Assembly: GCA_951406725.2 (NCBI GenBank)
Contig: OX597817.1
Location: 169,012,001-169,076,000, forward strand
Origin: Octopus vulgaris
Lineage: Eukaryota
DNA length: 64,000 nt
Direction: 5' to 3'
In this document: positions 12,798 to 25,602 of the stretch, in pieces
Numbering within the stretch: position 1 is the first letter of the stretch
Layout of the letters: every line of letters begins with the position of its first letter
Translations under genes and position numbers: made by a program
Notes under the pieces: model-generated
The model's database searches: none
Told to the model about the DNA's origin: nothing
The model's input: only the letters and a program-made list of their open reading frames with translations

Positions 12798-13651
12798 TGC
12801 ACATTCATCTGTTTCAAATAAAAAAGGCTATATTTTCTTGATTTCTACCTTGAATAACGAAACACAAGTTCGTTGTAGCGAAAATCAATGACATTCCGAA
12901 TAATTTGGGATATGCTAATGATTCCTCCTCTGCTTGTTAAAATGGCAGAAAACTTTTGAGTGAATGAGTGGAATAAAGAAATGAGCCAACGTACAAATTG
13001 AGGAGTTGTGTGTCTCTCTTACATCATGGATAATATTAACAAACATCAACTATTGATTAAGAACACACAAAAAAAAAAATATGTTATTTCTTTCTTCTCT
13101 TTTCTGAAAGCTATTTTATTGAGATAGGCTTTTTAATCAAACCATTTCTCTTACCAAAGTTTTATTATGTACAATGTTCTTGATAAAACTCAATTGCTGA
13201 GTGATGACAAAAATTTCCATTCCTCCTCCTTTTCTTCTACGAACTTTTTGTAGTAGTTTTTCTTTGTTCTTTTCCTTTTTTTTTTTTTTGGTTCCAATGC
13301 GTTTCTTCTTTCGGTATATATAAAGAATGGTGTATGCAAAGCATTCACTACACGATACTCTGAAGAATAATTCGACGGCGACAAAGAAACACAATCCTGT
13401 TGTGCCACAGAAACAATTTCCTTGCCAATTTTAACTTGAACCATTTTACTCAAAAATCTTCCTCTTTCACCCATAAATATTTCATTCTAATTATTTCCAT
13501 TCCACTGAATCGTTTTCCTTTTCTCTTTCTTTTTTTCCTTTCATTTCCATTTTTCCAACATTATTCTTCTGCTTCACTCATTTTCTTTTCTTATCATTGT
13601 TTTCTTTCTTTCATATCATTCTTTCTCCTTATCTCTCTATCTTTCTTTCCT

Positions 13652-13684
<33 letters not shown>

Positions 13685-14944
13685 TTTGATATCTTTATTT
13701 ACCCTGCGTCTCCTCTTCTCACATTCAATTGTTGTTGCTGCTGTTGTTGTCCATCATTATATTCGATGTATATGTTTTATCAGTGTTTCTCCCCATCACA
13801 ATCCCCTCAGCCCCACACTCATAGCCTGCTCTCCCCCTCTCTCTCTCTCTGTCTTTAGCTTCCCCCCCCCCCACTCTTATAACTAACTATATTATATCCA
13901 TCTTATATCTACATTATGTCCATGTTATATCTATTTTATGTCCACCTTATATTCTTATCATTTTACTGGTAACAGTCAATCGACTGTGGCCATACTGGGG
14001 CACCACCTTCTTCAAGGGTTTCAGGAGTCAATTATATTTTTTTCTAGTACTTTGTCTGGTATTCATTTTTTTTATCAATCTTGGAAAAGGACAAAAGTTA
14101 AAAATCCATCAGACACAAAAAGAGATAACTAAGATGATCCAGATTACATCCAGCAGTTGGAAACTGAAAGAAGCCTTTTGTATCTGTGTGTGTGTTTTGT
14201 GATTAGTAGGGTTAAGGCTATTGTTGTAGCTGCTCAGTGTCTATTGCAGTTCTGCTTCAGGGTGAGCTGGTATATGAGTAAATCTTACAGGTTAAGGGCT
14301 ATGAGAGTGATAGAATAAGTTCTAAGGTCGATTTGTTTGACTAAACCTCAGTACTAATTCTATTAGTCTCTTTTACCAAACCACTAAGTTATAAGGACAT
14401 AAACAAACCAACACCAGTTGTCAAGTGATGGTGAAAATCACATACACGCACACACACATGACTGGTTTCTTTCAGGTTTCCTCTTCCATATCTACTCATA
14501 AGGCTTTGTTTGGCCTGAGACTATAGTAAAAGACACTTGTCCAAGGTTCTGCACAGTGAGATTGAACCCAAGATCACATAGTTGGTAGACAAGTTTCTTA
14601 ACCACACAGCCATGCATTGTCCACCATTCTCAAGACTCATCTACATAACAACTCTCAACATTACATAAACCAGTAAGAAACCTGCCTCCAAAGCTTTGGA
14701 TTTGAAATAGAACCTTCCAAGTCTACTGTATTCTTTCTTATCAGCAACACCAGAGAACATTAAAATCCAACCAACCAGAAGATAAACAGGAGACAAGAAT
14801 TCTCTTAGTTCTATACAACATTTCGATAACATTGACATTGCACATTCCAAGACGCTGTAGAGAAATTGAAACAATATGCAAATATACTTTGGACACTCAC
14901 AAGTATTGCAGTGTGGCTGTGGGGTAAAGGGGTTTGCTTTCCAA

Positions 14945-15176
14945 AGGCGGTGAGCTGGCAGAACCGTTAGCACGCCGGGCGAAATGCTTAGCGGTATTTC
15001 GTCTGCCGTTACGTTGTGAGTTCAAATTCCGCCGAGGTCAACTTTGCCTTTCATCCTTTCGGGGTCGATGAATTAAGTACCAGTTACGCACTGGGGTCGA
15101 TGTAATCGACTTAATACCTATGTCTGTCCTTGTTTGTCCCCTCTGTGTTTAGCCCCTTGTGGGTAATAAAGAAATA
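14945..15176 (+). mobile_element. SINE family A inserted in the head of a family B SINE
   Basis: 14-bp TSD ggtttgctttccaa at 14931-14944 and 15177-15190; the host SINE continues on both sides. Confidence 0.88.
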
Positions 15177-15321
15177 GGTTTGCTTTCCAATCACATGGTT
15201 TCAAGTTCAATCCTGTTGCATGGCGCCCTGGGCAAGTGCTTTCTACGGTAGCCGTGGGCCAGCCAAATCCTTGTGAGTGGATTTGGTAGATGGGAATCAA
15301 AAGAAACATGTTATATATATT

Positions 15322-15352
<31 letters not shown>

Positions 15353-15742
15353 ACATGCATGCGTGTATGTTTGTTACTGTTTCTTTATTATGACATCACG
15401 TGATAGTTGTAAGTGAATGTGAAAATATGCCTGACAATGGTGAAACAGGCAGTGTTGGTGACAGAAAGGACATTCAGCTGTAGAAGCCATGTGTGTGTGT
15501 GTGTGTGTGTGTGTGTCCCACCACTACTTGACAATTGGTGCTGTTGTATTTTATGTCCCCATAACTTAGCAGTTTGACAAAAAGAGAACAATAGAATAAG
15601 TACCGGACTTGATAAAAAAATAAGCAAATACTGGGGTCAGTTCTTTCTACTAAGAATTCTCTAGGGCAGTGCTGCATCATGGCCACAGTCTAATAGTAAA
15701 ACAAAACAAATAATAAAGATAAAAAGAAATTAAAATGAACTA

Positions 15743-16140
15743 GGCGCAGGAGTGGCTGTGTGGTAAGTAGCTTGCTAACCAACCACATGGTTCCGGGTTC
15801 AGTCCCACTGCATGGCACCCTGGGCAAGTGTCTTCTACTATAGCCTCAGGCCGACCAATGCCTTGTGAGTGGATTTGGTAGACGGAAACTGAAAGAAGCC
15901 TGTCGTATATATGTATATATATATGTGTGTGTGTATATGCCTGTGTTTGTCCCCCTAGCATTGCTTGACAACCGATGCTGGTGTGTTTACGTCCCCATCA
16001 CTTAGCGGTTCGGCAAAAAGAGACCGATAGAATAAGTACTGGGCTTACAAAAAGAATAAGTCCCGGGGTCGATTTGCTCGAGTAAAGGGGGTGCTCCGGC
16101 ATGGCCGTAGTCAAATGACTGAAACAAGTAAAAGAGTAAA
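15743..16140 (+). mobile_element. SINE family B, full length (tRNA-like head, internal (TA)n(TG)n, AAAGAGT tail)
   Basis: ggcgcaggagtggctgtgtggtaag (A-box-like), gggttcagtccc (B-box-like); more than ten related copies in the window. Confidence 0.88.
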
Positions 16141-16500
16141 AAAGTAGAAATGCAAGGAACACAACTTGCTGTCACAGAAAATGCCAACATGCGTTTTCTG
16201 TTGCTGTATGAAAGAAAAAAAATTACCTCCAAACACCTGACTCATATATAAAACACAGGACTCTATGATAGCATCATTTGATAATCATTAGTTTCCTATC
16301 TAGCACAAACATCATCATCATCATCATCAGTGTCATCATCATTTAACGTCTGTTTTCCATGAGTTGGACGGTTTTTACATGTTTTGGCATGATTTCTATG
16401 GTCAGGTGCCCTTCTTAATGCCAACCACTTCACAGAGTGTGTAGCATCAATAGATCCACTTGCCTCAAACACTATCCTGGGACACACACAATTTTTTTTT

Positions 16501-16861
16501 CTTTTATCCGTTTCAGTCATTTGACTGCGGCCATGCTGAAGCACCGCCTTTAGTCAAACGAATCGACCCCAGGACTTATTCTTTGTAAGCCTAGTACTTA
16601 TTCTGTCGGTCTCTTTTGCCAAACCGCTAAGCTACGGGTACTTAAACACACCAGCATCAGTTGTCAAGCGATGTTGGGGAACAAATAAAGATACACAAAC
16701 ATATACATATATATATATATATGGCAGGCTTCTTTCAGTTTCCATCTACCAAATCCACTCACAAGGCTATAACAGAAGACACTTGCCCATGGGGCCACAC
16801 AGTAGGACTGAACCTGGAACCATGTGGTTGGTAAGCAAGCTACTTACCACACAGCCACTCC
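16501..16861 (-). mobile_element. SINE family B
   Basis: Reverse complement of the 15743 copy with an internal deletion. Confidence 0.85.
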
Positions 16862-17029
16862 ACAATGATGAGTATTGAAGGAGAGAAATTGTTATACTCT
16901 AGCTCAGTCTATCTTACTCACATCCATTGAATATATAAAGGTAAAGACATAGACTGGACAGTTGAGAAAGTACAGTGTGATGTGTTTCAATGCATGATCC
17001 ACCGATCTATATTAGACCCTGCAATATAC

Positions 17030-17510
17030 TGGTTAGCTGGAAGACCCTACATCTGGCAACAAGACCCTACATCTGGCAACAAAACTATGCACCATGCCAC
17101 ACAAGCAGGAGAACCCAGTTATGGCTGTCAGACAATTTCTGCAACCACATCACCCTTAACATCAGGCCACCTAACTTCCCAGACTGCAACCCCCTTGATT
17201 ATTATATGTGGGACTCAGTTGAGTGAGAGACCAACAAAATTCCTTGTAATACCAAAGATGAACTGAAGACAAGGATTATGACAACTTACACCAATTTAAG
17301 CAAGGAGACCGTCCAGAAGAGTTGCAGGAGATTCCAAAGTCATCTGGAAGTCGTAGTTGAAGCCAATGGTGTTTATATTGAAGAAATTTATTCTTTAGTA
17401 TTTCAAAATATTTTTGTGTAATTTTGGTAAATATATCTGTTAAAATGAGATATCAGTGTTATTTTCATTTTTCTGTAATTTAGATTGCAGTTTATTCACT
17501 GCACCCTTTA
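17030..17510 (+). mobile_element. Tc1/mariner-superfamily (maT/DD37D-like) transposase 3' fragment
   Basis: YIWQQNYAPCH...RPPNFPDCNPLDYYMW matches the QQDxAPxH and WPPxSPDLNPLDY motifs; ends near a TIR-like cacccttta; contains a 20-bp local duplication at 17041-17080. Confidence 0.75.
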
Positions 17511-17660
17511 TATATGTTTGCATGTATACATATATTGACATACACACATATATACACATCTATCTATCTATCTCTCTCTCTCTCTATATATATATATATT
17601 TGTGTATGTATATATATTTGTGTATGTATATATATTTATGTATATATATATTTATGTATG

Positions 17661-17703
<43 letters not shown>

Positions 17704-17801
17704 CAACAACAACAATATATATATATAATGTGATCTCTTGAGCACCACCAGCAAAATTTTTTTCCTCTGTCTTCCCTTCTCGGGATCTTTCCTTCTCCTT
17801 T

Positions 17802-17836
17802 GTTTCTGACGAAGAGCTCCGCTTGAAACGTTAAAC
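17802..17836 (+). ncRNA. minimal hammerhead-like motif in a (TA)n-flanked PLE-type repeat (17727-17935)
   Basis: GTTT-CTGACGA-A-GAGC tcc GCTT-GAAA-CG-TT-AAAC; palindromic AACGTT stem III; second copy at 35601-35635. Confidence 0.55.
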
Positions 17837-17933
17837 CCTCCTTCCCTTCTTTCCTGAGCGTCAAATAATACTTTAATTGTTCCACGTCCTTGCGTTGCTG
17901 TGTTTTTTTCTGTGTTTTCTTGTTTGGATTAAC

Positions 17934-17964
<31 letters not shown>

Positions 17965-18506
17965 TTGAGGGGGCACTGAAAAGTTCCTGGTTTGAGGTAA
18001 AATAAAATACAGGAGGATTAGTTAATTATGATTTTATTTATTTTTATTCAACATCATCCCCTCTCAGACTTATGGCATTGGTCCTTTAGTTTTTATGTTC
18101 AGTTATAATAAAAACAGTTTTACATCAATCTAATGGGTTACTCCGTAATTTTGTAAGATTACAAATTTATTATTCTTAAACACAAGAATATTATTGAAAG
18201 CGACTTCGAAGTTCCAGCCAGCTAAACCATCACCAGACTGCCTTACAACGACTTAGCTGACCAAAACTTCGAAGTCACTGACAATAATATTCTCGTTGAA
18301 GAATATCTGTGTGTGTGTGTGTGTGTGTATCAGAGGCATATGGTGGTTGTTGTATTGCAATGTGCTGCCACTCCAAATGCCACCAGATTTCAAGCAGGAG
18401 TATAATAAAAGTTTTCCATTGCAATTTGTGATTACATTAATGAGTAAGGTTAATGTTTATAATGAATTTGCCATTTTTCAATTGGGTGTGCAGTGCACAT
18501 GCCTCT

Positions 18507-18563
<57 letters not shown>

Positions 18564-18814
18564 TTCGAAACGTAGAGTAGATGAAACCATAGCGACTGAA
18601 GAAGGGTTTTTTTCTTTGTGTTAACTGTCCTGTACTCCAATTTTTGTTGTTTTTAAAAAAATGTCCAGTTCCTTTGGTTTGTGTCTATGTTTTCGTTTCT
18701 CTTTGTGTTCGACGTCCTTTTGGTGTCCTGTACTCATATATGCGTGTATATGTACATGTAGAGGTAGGTACGTACATATATGTTTATATATATGCATATG
18801 TTTTATTTTATTTA

Positions 18815-18864
<50 letters not shown>

Positions 18865-19692
18865 CAATATGTCGTCAACTTTTCAGAATATGGCAAATCT
18901 ATTATGTGGGAAGCAATCTATTTTAGCCAGTTGTTATTTGGAAATTCCTCAATGAATATCAATGGAAGTGTCTGTAAAAAGCCACCAATTCCTATCTTTT
19001 GTTCGAAATTACAAAAGGCTGTAATAGGATGTTTTACTTCTTTGCAAGACAAAGATCATACCTTTCAGGAACATTACTGTAGGAGCATACATGTTCTGTG
19101 AGGGACCAATCAATTTAATAATTGTTATATTGCCATCTTTTATATTACAGATATATTTGGACAGTGCTGCAGTAATACATCTTTCTGAGTGTCTAAATGT
19201 ACGTGTATCTGGATGTGTGTGTGTGTATAAATATATTTATATATGCATGTTATATGCTGCAAGGCTAATTTCTTTAAAGGGTTTTGCCATCAAGCATTTA
19301 ACACTAAAACTACATTAATAGCTAGCTGCCTTGATTTCATGTTTTTTGTGTATATGATACCGAAGACATAAAAATACCATTTGTTTTTACATGGGAATAG
19401 ATAAAAATATCACATATTCTATATATGACAGTAGCATACGAAAATGTCTGATGTATTTTTTTATCTTTTTTCTTGTGCTTTTTGGCAACTAATCAAATTT
19501 TGATAACTACTCACATTTCAAAGTGTTTACAAATGTTTTTGTTTATAAATTGCCATACACCTTCTCTTCTTCAGTCATTCAAAGCAATCAGCAACATAAA
19601 ACCCAGAATAATTTTCGGAACCTTCAACTTCTAATAAACTATACACTTTTTATTTTATGTGTAGAGCGCATTCTATCTCTCATATCACTCTG

Positions 19693-19746
<54 letters not shown>

Positions 19747-19830
19747 TTTTATCTCGCTCTCTCTCTCTCCTACAATCCTCTTTTCCACCCATCATGCCAT
19801 CAAGCTGTTTCTATTTAATCTCCTTATATA

Positions 19831-20060
19831 TTTCTTTATTGCCCACAAGGGGCTAAACACAGAGGGGACAAACAAGGACAGACAAATGAATTAAGTCGAT
19901 TATATCGACCCCAGTGCATAACTGGTACTTAATTTATCGACCCCGAAAGGATGAAAGGCAAAGTCGACCTCAGCGGAATTTGAACTCAGAATGTAACGGC
20001 AGACGAAATATGGCTACGCCTTTCGCCCGGTGTGCTAACGTTTCTGCCAGCTCGCTGCCC
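19831..20060 (-). mobile_element. SINE family A with TSD
   Basis: TSD tttaatctccttatata at 19814-19830 and 20061-20077. Confidence 0.87.
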
Positions 20061-20719
20061 TTTAATCTCCTTATATAACTCTCTCTCTCTCTTTCTTTCT
20101 CTCTCTCTCTCTCTCTCTGTAGTCTCTCAGCTATCACCCTGTTACTCCACTCACTATGGTTTTCTTACATTACTCTTTTCTCATTCACCCTTTCACTTTC
20201 TTCCTCTTTCATCACTCTCTCTTTCATTGCTGTCTGCTGGGGACAAAACAACATAAAGCAGAGATGACTCATTAGTCTTGCCGGGGACAAGTCAACCTCA
20301 CTAGTGCTGGTGCCATAATAAAATGCTCTTGGTATGTTCTGTAATGTGACTGGTAATAGGAAGTGCATTTAAGCACAGAAACCATGTGAAAAATGGAATG
20401 TATAAGTGAGATGGAGTCATTGACCGATCTATGTGGAGGATAGTAAGAACTAACTCAGACCAGGATGACCAGCAACATGAAAAAGCAAATGTAAAATTGA
20501 TGCTGATAAAGATGATAATGATAATGTTGGTGTTGTTGTTGATGGTGGTGGTGGTGGTATGGATCAGTGGTGCTGATGTTGGTTATGATGGTGATGATGG
20601 TGGTGGTTATAAGGATAATGATGATGTTGTTGTTGGCAGTGACGGTGGCAATTATGGTGGTGGCGATGGATGTCAGGATGGTGATGGTAGTGGCAGTTGT
20701 GGTGGTGGTGATGCCATCA

Positions 20720-20949
20720 CGGCAAGCTGGCAGAAATGTTAGCACGCCGGGTGAAATACTTAGCGGTATTTCGTCTGCTGTTATGTTCTGAGTTCAAATT
20801 CTGCCGAGGTCGACGTTGCCTTTCATCCTTTTGGGGTCGATAAATTAAGTACCAGTTATGCACTGGAGTCAATGTAATCGACTTAATCCGTTTGTCTGTC
20901 CTTATTTGTCCCCTCTATGTTTAGCCCCTTCTGGGCAATAAAGAAATAA
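20720..20949 (+). mobile_element. SINE family A within (GGT/GAT)n low-complexity DNA
   Basis: Same head and body as the 14945 copy. Confidence 0.85.
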
Positions 20950-21207
20950 GTGGTGGTGGTGGTGGTGGTGGTGGTGGTGGTGGCAGTGGTGGTGGTGGCA
21001 GTGGTTATGGTGGTGGTGGTAGTGGTGATGGTGACTATAAGGATAATAATGATGGTGGTAGTGATGGTGATGATGATGAGGGTGGCAGTGGTGGTGGTTA
21101 TGATGTTAGTGATGGTTGTTGTGGTAGTGATGATGGCTACTCTGCGTGGTTACACATCAGTGCAAATGTCTTTCAGATTTTTGTTTACATATATTTCATT
21201 TTACATA

Positions 21208-21245
<38 letters not shown>

Positions 21246-21334
21246 GGTGTGTTTATGTATGAGTATATAGTTTTAAAAAGTCCTATTAAACTGTCCATCA
21301 ACTTATAATAAGGTATGAAGAACATGTTTTTATG

Positions 21335-21825
21335 TAGAGATGTATTGTGTGTGTACATGTGTGTGTGTGTACATGTGTGTGTGTGTGTGTGCATGCATGT
21401 GTCTGTGTTTGTGTGTGTGTGTGTGTGTGCATGTGTCTGTGTTTGTGTGTGTATGTGTGTGCATGTGTATGTGTGTGTGCATGCATGTGCCTATGTTTGT
21501 GTGTGTGTATTGTGTGCATGTGTATGTGTGTGTGCATGCATGTGTCTATGTTTGTGTGTGTATGTGCATGCATGTGTCTGTGTTTGTGTGTGTGTATTGT
21601 GTGCATGTGTCTCTGTGTGTTTGTGTGTGGGTGTGTGTACATGCATGTGACTTCGTTTGTGTGTGTGTATTGTGTGCATGTGTATGTGTGTGTGCATGCA
21701 TGTGTCTATGTTTGTGTGTGGGTGTTTGTGTGTGTGCATGCATGTGTCTATGTTTGTGTGTGTGTGTGTGTGTGCAGGTCTGTGTATGTGCATGCATGTG
21801 TCTGTTTTTTGTGTGGGTGTGTGTA
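21335..21825. repeat. (TG)-rich compound minisatellite
   Basis: Recurrent gtgcatgcatgtgtctatgtttgtgtgtg blocks. Confidence 0.9.
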
Positions 21826-22283
21826 TGGTAGTGAGGTGATGGTGATGGTGGCGCTCATTCATATTGGCTGAGAGAATGGTTTGGAGGAGGAGATGGTAGT
21901 GCTGTTGCTGGTGTGGTACTAGCGTTAATGGTGCTGGTGGCATTGATATACTCGGTCTTATTGTAGTGGCAGTAGTATCGGTGGTACTGGTGCTAGTGAA
22001 GTGGTGCCGAACCTGACAAGTAGCTCTTTCTGAAACATCTATACCAGTTTTCATTTTTTTTTTTTTTTAGTTGAAACAAATGGGTGTGGGGGGGGGGGGG
22101 TAGTGCAAATGATGGATGGAGGAATAATGGTTGGAGAGAGAGAGAGGTGGGTGATACTAAGTTCCTGGTGACTGGTTTTATACATTTAAGTTCACAGATA
22201 TATTGTAAATTTGTATGGGCATACAATTTAGAATGATCATACCATGTGAGGAGAGACTGCATATTTTATTCAGATATATATAC

Positions 22284-22333
<50 letters not shown>

Positions 22334-22546
22334 ACATATATATGTATGTATATGTATTTACCTGTATGCATATATGTATATATATATTTATAAACATTCA
22401 CATATATTGTAAACTCTCAATAAATAATACACTTATGTATTCTAAACTTATACTAATAAATAAACATATGTAACGCATATATACACAAATTCTTGCATAT
22501 ATGTGTAGGTATGCACTCATGTTTTATATGTATCTCTCTCTCTCTC

Positions 22547-22615
<69 letters not shown>

Positions 22616-22939
22616 ATGTGTGTATCAATGTTTGTATGCACATCTGTATTAATCTATCTGTCTATCTATCTGTCTGCATGTCTATCTGTTTGTCTCTCTA
22701 TCTATCTATCTTGAGAAAGAGAGAGAGACAGAAAGTGGAAAGGTGCTAATAGACTATGGTTAAGAAGTTTGTTTTATAACTGCCTGGCTTCCAATTAATC
22801 TTACTGTGTGACACTTTGGACAAGTGTCTCCTGCTCTAGCCTCAGGTTCACCAATGCTTCGTGAGAGAAACCCATCATAGAGGTATATGCGTCTGCATAT
22901 ATCTGTGTGTGTACGTTTGTCTTTGCTTGTCAGTACATT

Positions 22940-23330
22940 TTGTGAAGCACTCCGTCGGTTACGACGATGAGGGTTCCGGTTGATCCGAATCAACGGAACA
23001 GCCTGCTCGTGAAATTAACGTGTAAGTGGCTGAGCACTCCACAGACACATGTACCCTTAACGTCGTTCTCGGGGATATTCAGCGTGACACAGAGAGTGAC
23101 AAGGCCGGCCCCTTGAAATACAGGTACAACAGAAACAGGAAGTAAGAGTGAGAGACAGTTGTGGTGAAAGAGTACAGCAGGGATCACCATCATCCCCTGC
23201 TGGAGCCTCATGGAGCTTTTTTGGGTGTTTTCGCTCAATAAACACTCACAACGCCTGGTCTGGGAATCGAAACTGCGATCCTATGACCGCGAGTCCGCTG
23301 CCCTAACCACTGGGCCATTGCGCCTCCACG
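22940..23330 (-). mobile_element. SINE family C, full length with 12-bp TSD
   Basis: tRNA-like head ggcgcaatggcccagtggttagggcagcggactc...gtttcgattccc; TSD tgtcagtacatt at 22928-22939 and 23331-23342. Confidence 0.85.
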
Positions 23331-23446
23331 TGTCAGTACATTGGCACTGCTTGGCCAATGGCTATATTTGTTTAAATGTAACTCGAACTCTATCAGACAC
23401 AGTGATGAGGGTTTCAGTTCATGCCACTTTGAATATACACTGGGGT

Positions 23447-23522
23447 GAATACCCTCATCTTTGAAGAATACCCTCATCTTTGAAGAATGCCCTCATCTTT
23501 GAAGAATGCCCTCATCTTTGAA
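23447..23522. repeat. 19-bp tandem repeat x4
   Basis: gaatRccctcatctttgaa four times. Confidence 0.9.
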
Positions 23523-23998
23523 AGCTTATCCAATAAGCTTCCAAAAGTATAAGACACTATCAGAGAAAGAGATGCTTGGCAGCATTTCGTTCGTCTTTAC
23601 ATTCTGAGTTCAAATTCAGCTGAGGTTGACTTTGTCATCATTTCGGGGTTAATATATAAGTATCAATTAAGTATGGGGTCAATGTAACCGACTATCACAC
23701 TTCCCCCAAAATTTCAGGCTTTGTGCCTACCATAGAAAAAGGAATGGGAAAAAAAAAATAGGGAAGACTTATTAGGAAAAGATAAGCTTGCTTTGCTAAA
23801 CATTGCTGAAGAAGTAGGGAGCTGGTTGCTGACATCTTGCTTTGAACCCTTCAAATGTTTGTAATTGCATTGATCAGTCAAGAGATGACACTGAATGTTA
23901 ACTGGGAGGAAATGGGTGGAGGCTAAGAATCAGATCATACAAATGCAAGCAAGCATGATCCAATGAAGATGGTGACATATATATATATAAATACACAC

Positions 23999-24057
<59 letters not shown>

Positions 24058-24059
<2 letters not shown>

Positions 24060-24273
24060 TCTTTTACTTGTTTCAGTCATCTGACTGCAGCCATGCTGGA
24101 GCACCACCTTTAGTCGAGCAAATTGACCCCGGGACTTATTCTTTGTAAACCTAGTACTTATTCTATTGGTCTCTTTTGCCAAACCGTTAAACGACGGGGA
24201 CGGTTGTCAAGCAATGCAAGGGGGACAATCACAGACACACAAACATACACACACACACACAAACATACACACA

Positions 24274-24315
<42 letters not shown>

Positions 24316-24479
24316 TACGACGGGCTTCTTTCAGTTTCCGTCTACCTAATCCACTCACAAGGCTTTGGTCGGCATGAGGCTATAGTAGAAGATACTTGCC
24401 CAAGATGCCACACAGTGGGACTGAACCCGAAACGATGTGACTGGTAAGCAAGCTACTTACCACACAGTCGCTCCTGTGC
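24058..24479 (-). mobile_element. SINE family B
   Basis: Homologous to the 15743 copy. Confidence 0.85.
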
Positions 24480-24515
24480 CTACATTTATATTACATGTAT
24501 ATATATATATATATA

Positions 24516-24847
24516 TAAATGTAATATGTGACAATTATTCCGTAGCCATGATAAAACTCCACATGTACATGGGTGCGCGGGAGCGCTTGTGTAGGTATGG
24601 ACATACGTGCTTACGGGAATACTATGAACATTTTTACTCCCTCCCCTCACTTAGCGGTCATTCAAATAGCTCTTTTGTCTTAATAACGGTCAATCGCACA
24701 GTAATTTCCCTTTGTTTAACTGTCATTTTCATAGGATTTTTTCCGATGGCCGGATAACTGAAGAGATGGTGGCGTGGATTTCCACCCCGACATCCGAAAC
24801 CTGGAGTTGTGTCATGGCTACCAAATAATTGTCGCATATTACATTTA
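24516..24847 (+). mobile_element. fold-back PLE-type repeat with hammerhead-like core at 24753-24813
   Basis: Inverted arms taaatgtaatatgtgacaattatt...aactcca / tggagtt...aataattgtcgcatattacattta; CTGAAGA 24758-64, GATG/CATC stem, GAAA 24796-99. Confidence 0.6.
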
Positions 24848-24912
24848 CAGATAAATTCCTCTATTTATATAATATCAAGGTCTCTTTCTTTCTTTTGTTG
24901 TCTTACCATTTC

Positions 24913-24945
<33 letters not shown>

Positions 24946-24949
<4 letters not shown>

Positions 24950-25163
24950 CAGTACATTAAAACACATTAAGCGGCTTTCATCATAGGAATCCTTTACGCT
25001 AGAAAGAACAACTATGGTCCAGGAATTAGATGGTAAATGTTTTTATTTTTCATTCCCTTCAAGAATTTATCCCTAATTAGTGGTTTGGACTTTAACTGTT
25101 CTTTCTAGCGTAAAGGATTCCTATGATGGAAGCCTCTTAATGTGTTTTAATGTACACTGTATT
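24946..25163. repeat. fold-back element (about 75-bp arms) between (TA)n tracts
   Basis: tacattaaaacacattaag...ctttacgctagaaagaaca pairs with tgttctttctagcgtaaagg...cttaatgtgttttaatgta. Confidence 0.8.
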
Positions 25164-25253
25164 TTATATGAATAATATATAGTCTATTGACCAATTTTTT
25201 TACGCTGGGCCACTGGTAGTAGAAATTTCTAATATTTTATTACCCTGATATTA

Positions 25254-25305
<52 letters not shown>

Positions 25306-25372
25306 CTATATATGTATATATATATATATATGTATATATATATGTATATATATATATATGTATATATATATG

Positions 25373-25449
<77 letters not shown>

Positions 25450-25458
25450 CTATATATG

Positions 25459-25505
<47 letters not shown>

Positions 25506-25602
25506 GTATATATATATATGTATATATGTATATATATATATGTATATATATATATATGTATATATGTATATATATATGTATATATATATATATATGTATA
25601 TA

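Noticed and set aside
9633-12891. Four ORFs of 950-1050 aa (poly-V, poly-T, poly-P, GGS-rich) resembling extensin, mucin or glycine-rich proteins
   Set aside because: They are open in several frames on both strands only because the triplet repeat lacks stops; there is no signal peptide, unique domain or convincing splice context.
23240-23330. tRNA genes suggested by A/B-box motifs (also 15743, 35146, 47270)
   Set aside because: These are SINE heads continuing into repeated bodies, some with TSDs; I could not build a full cloverleaf.
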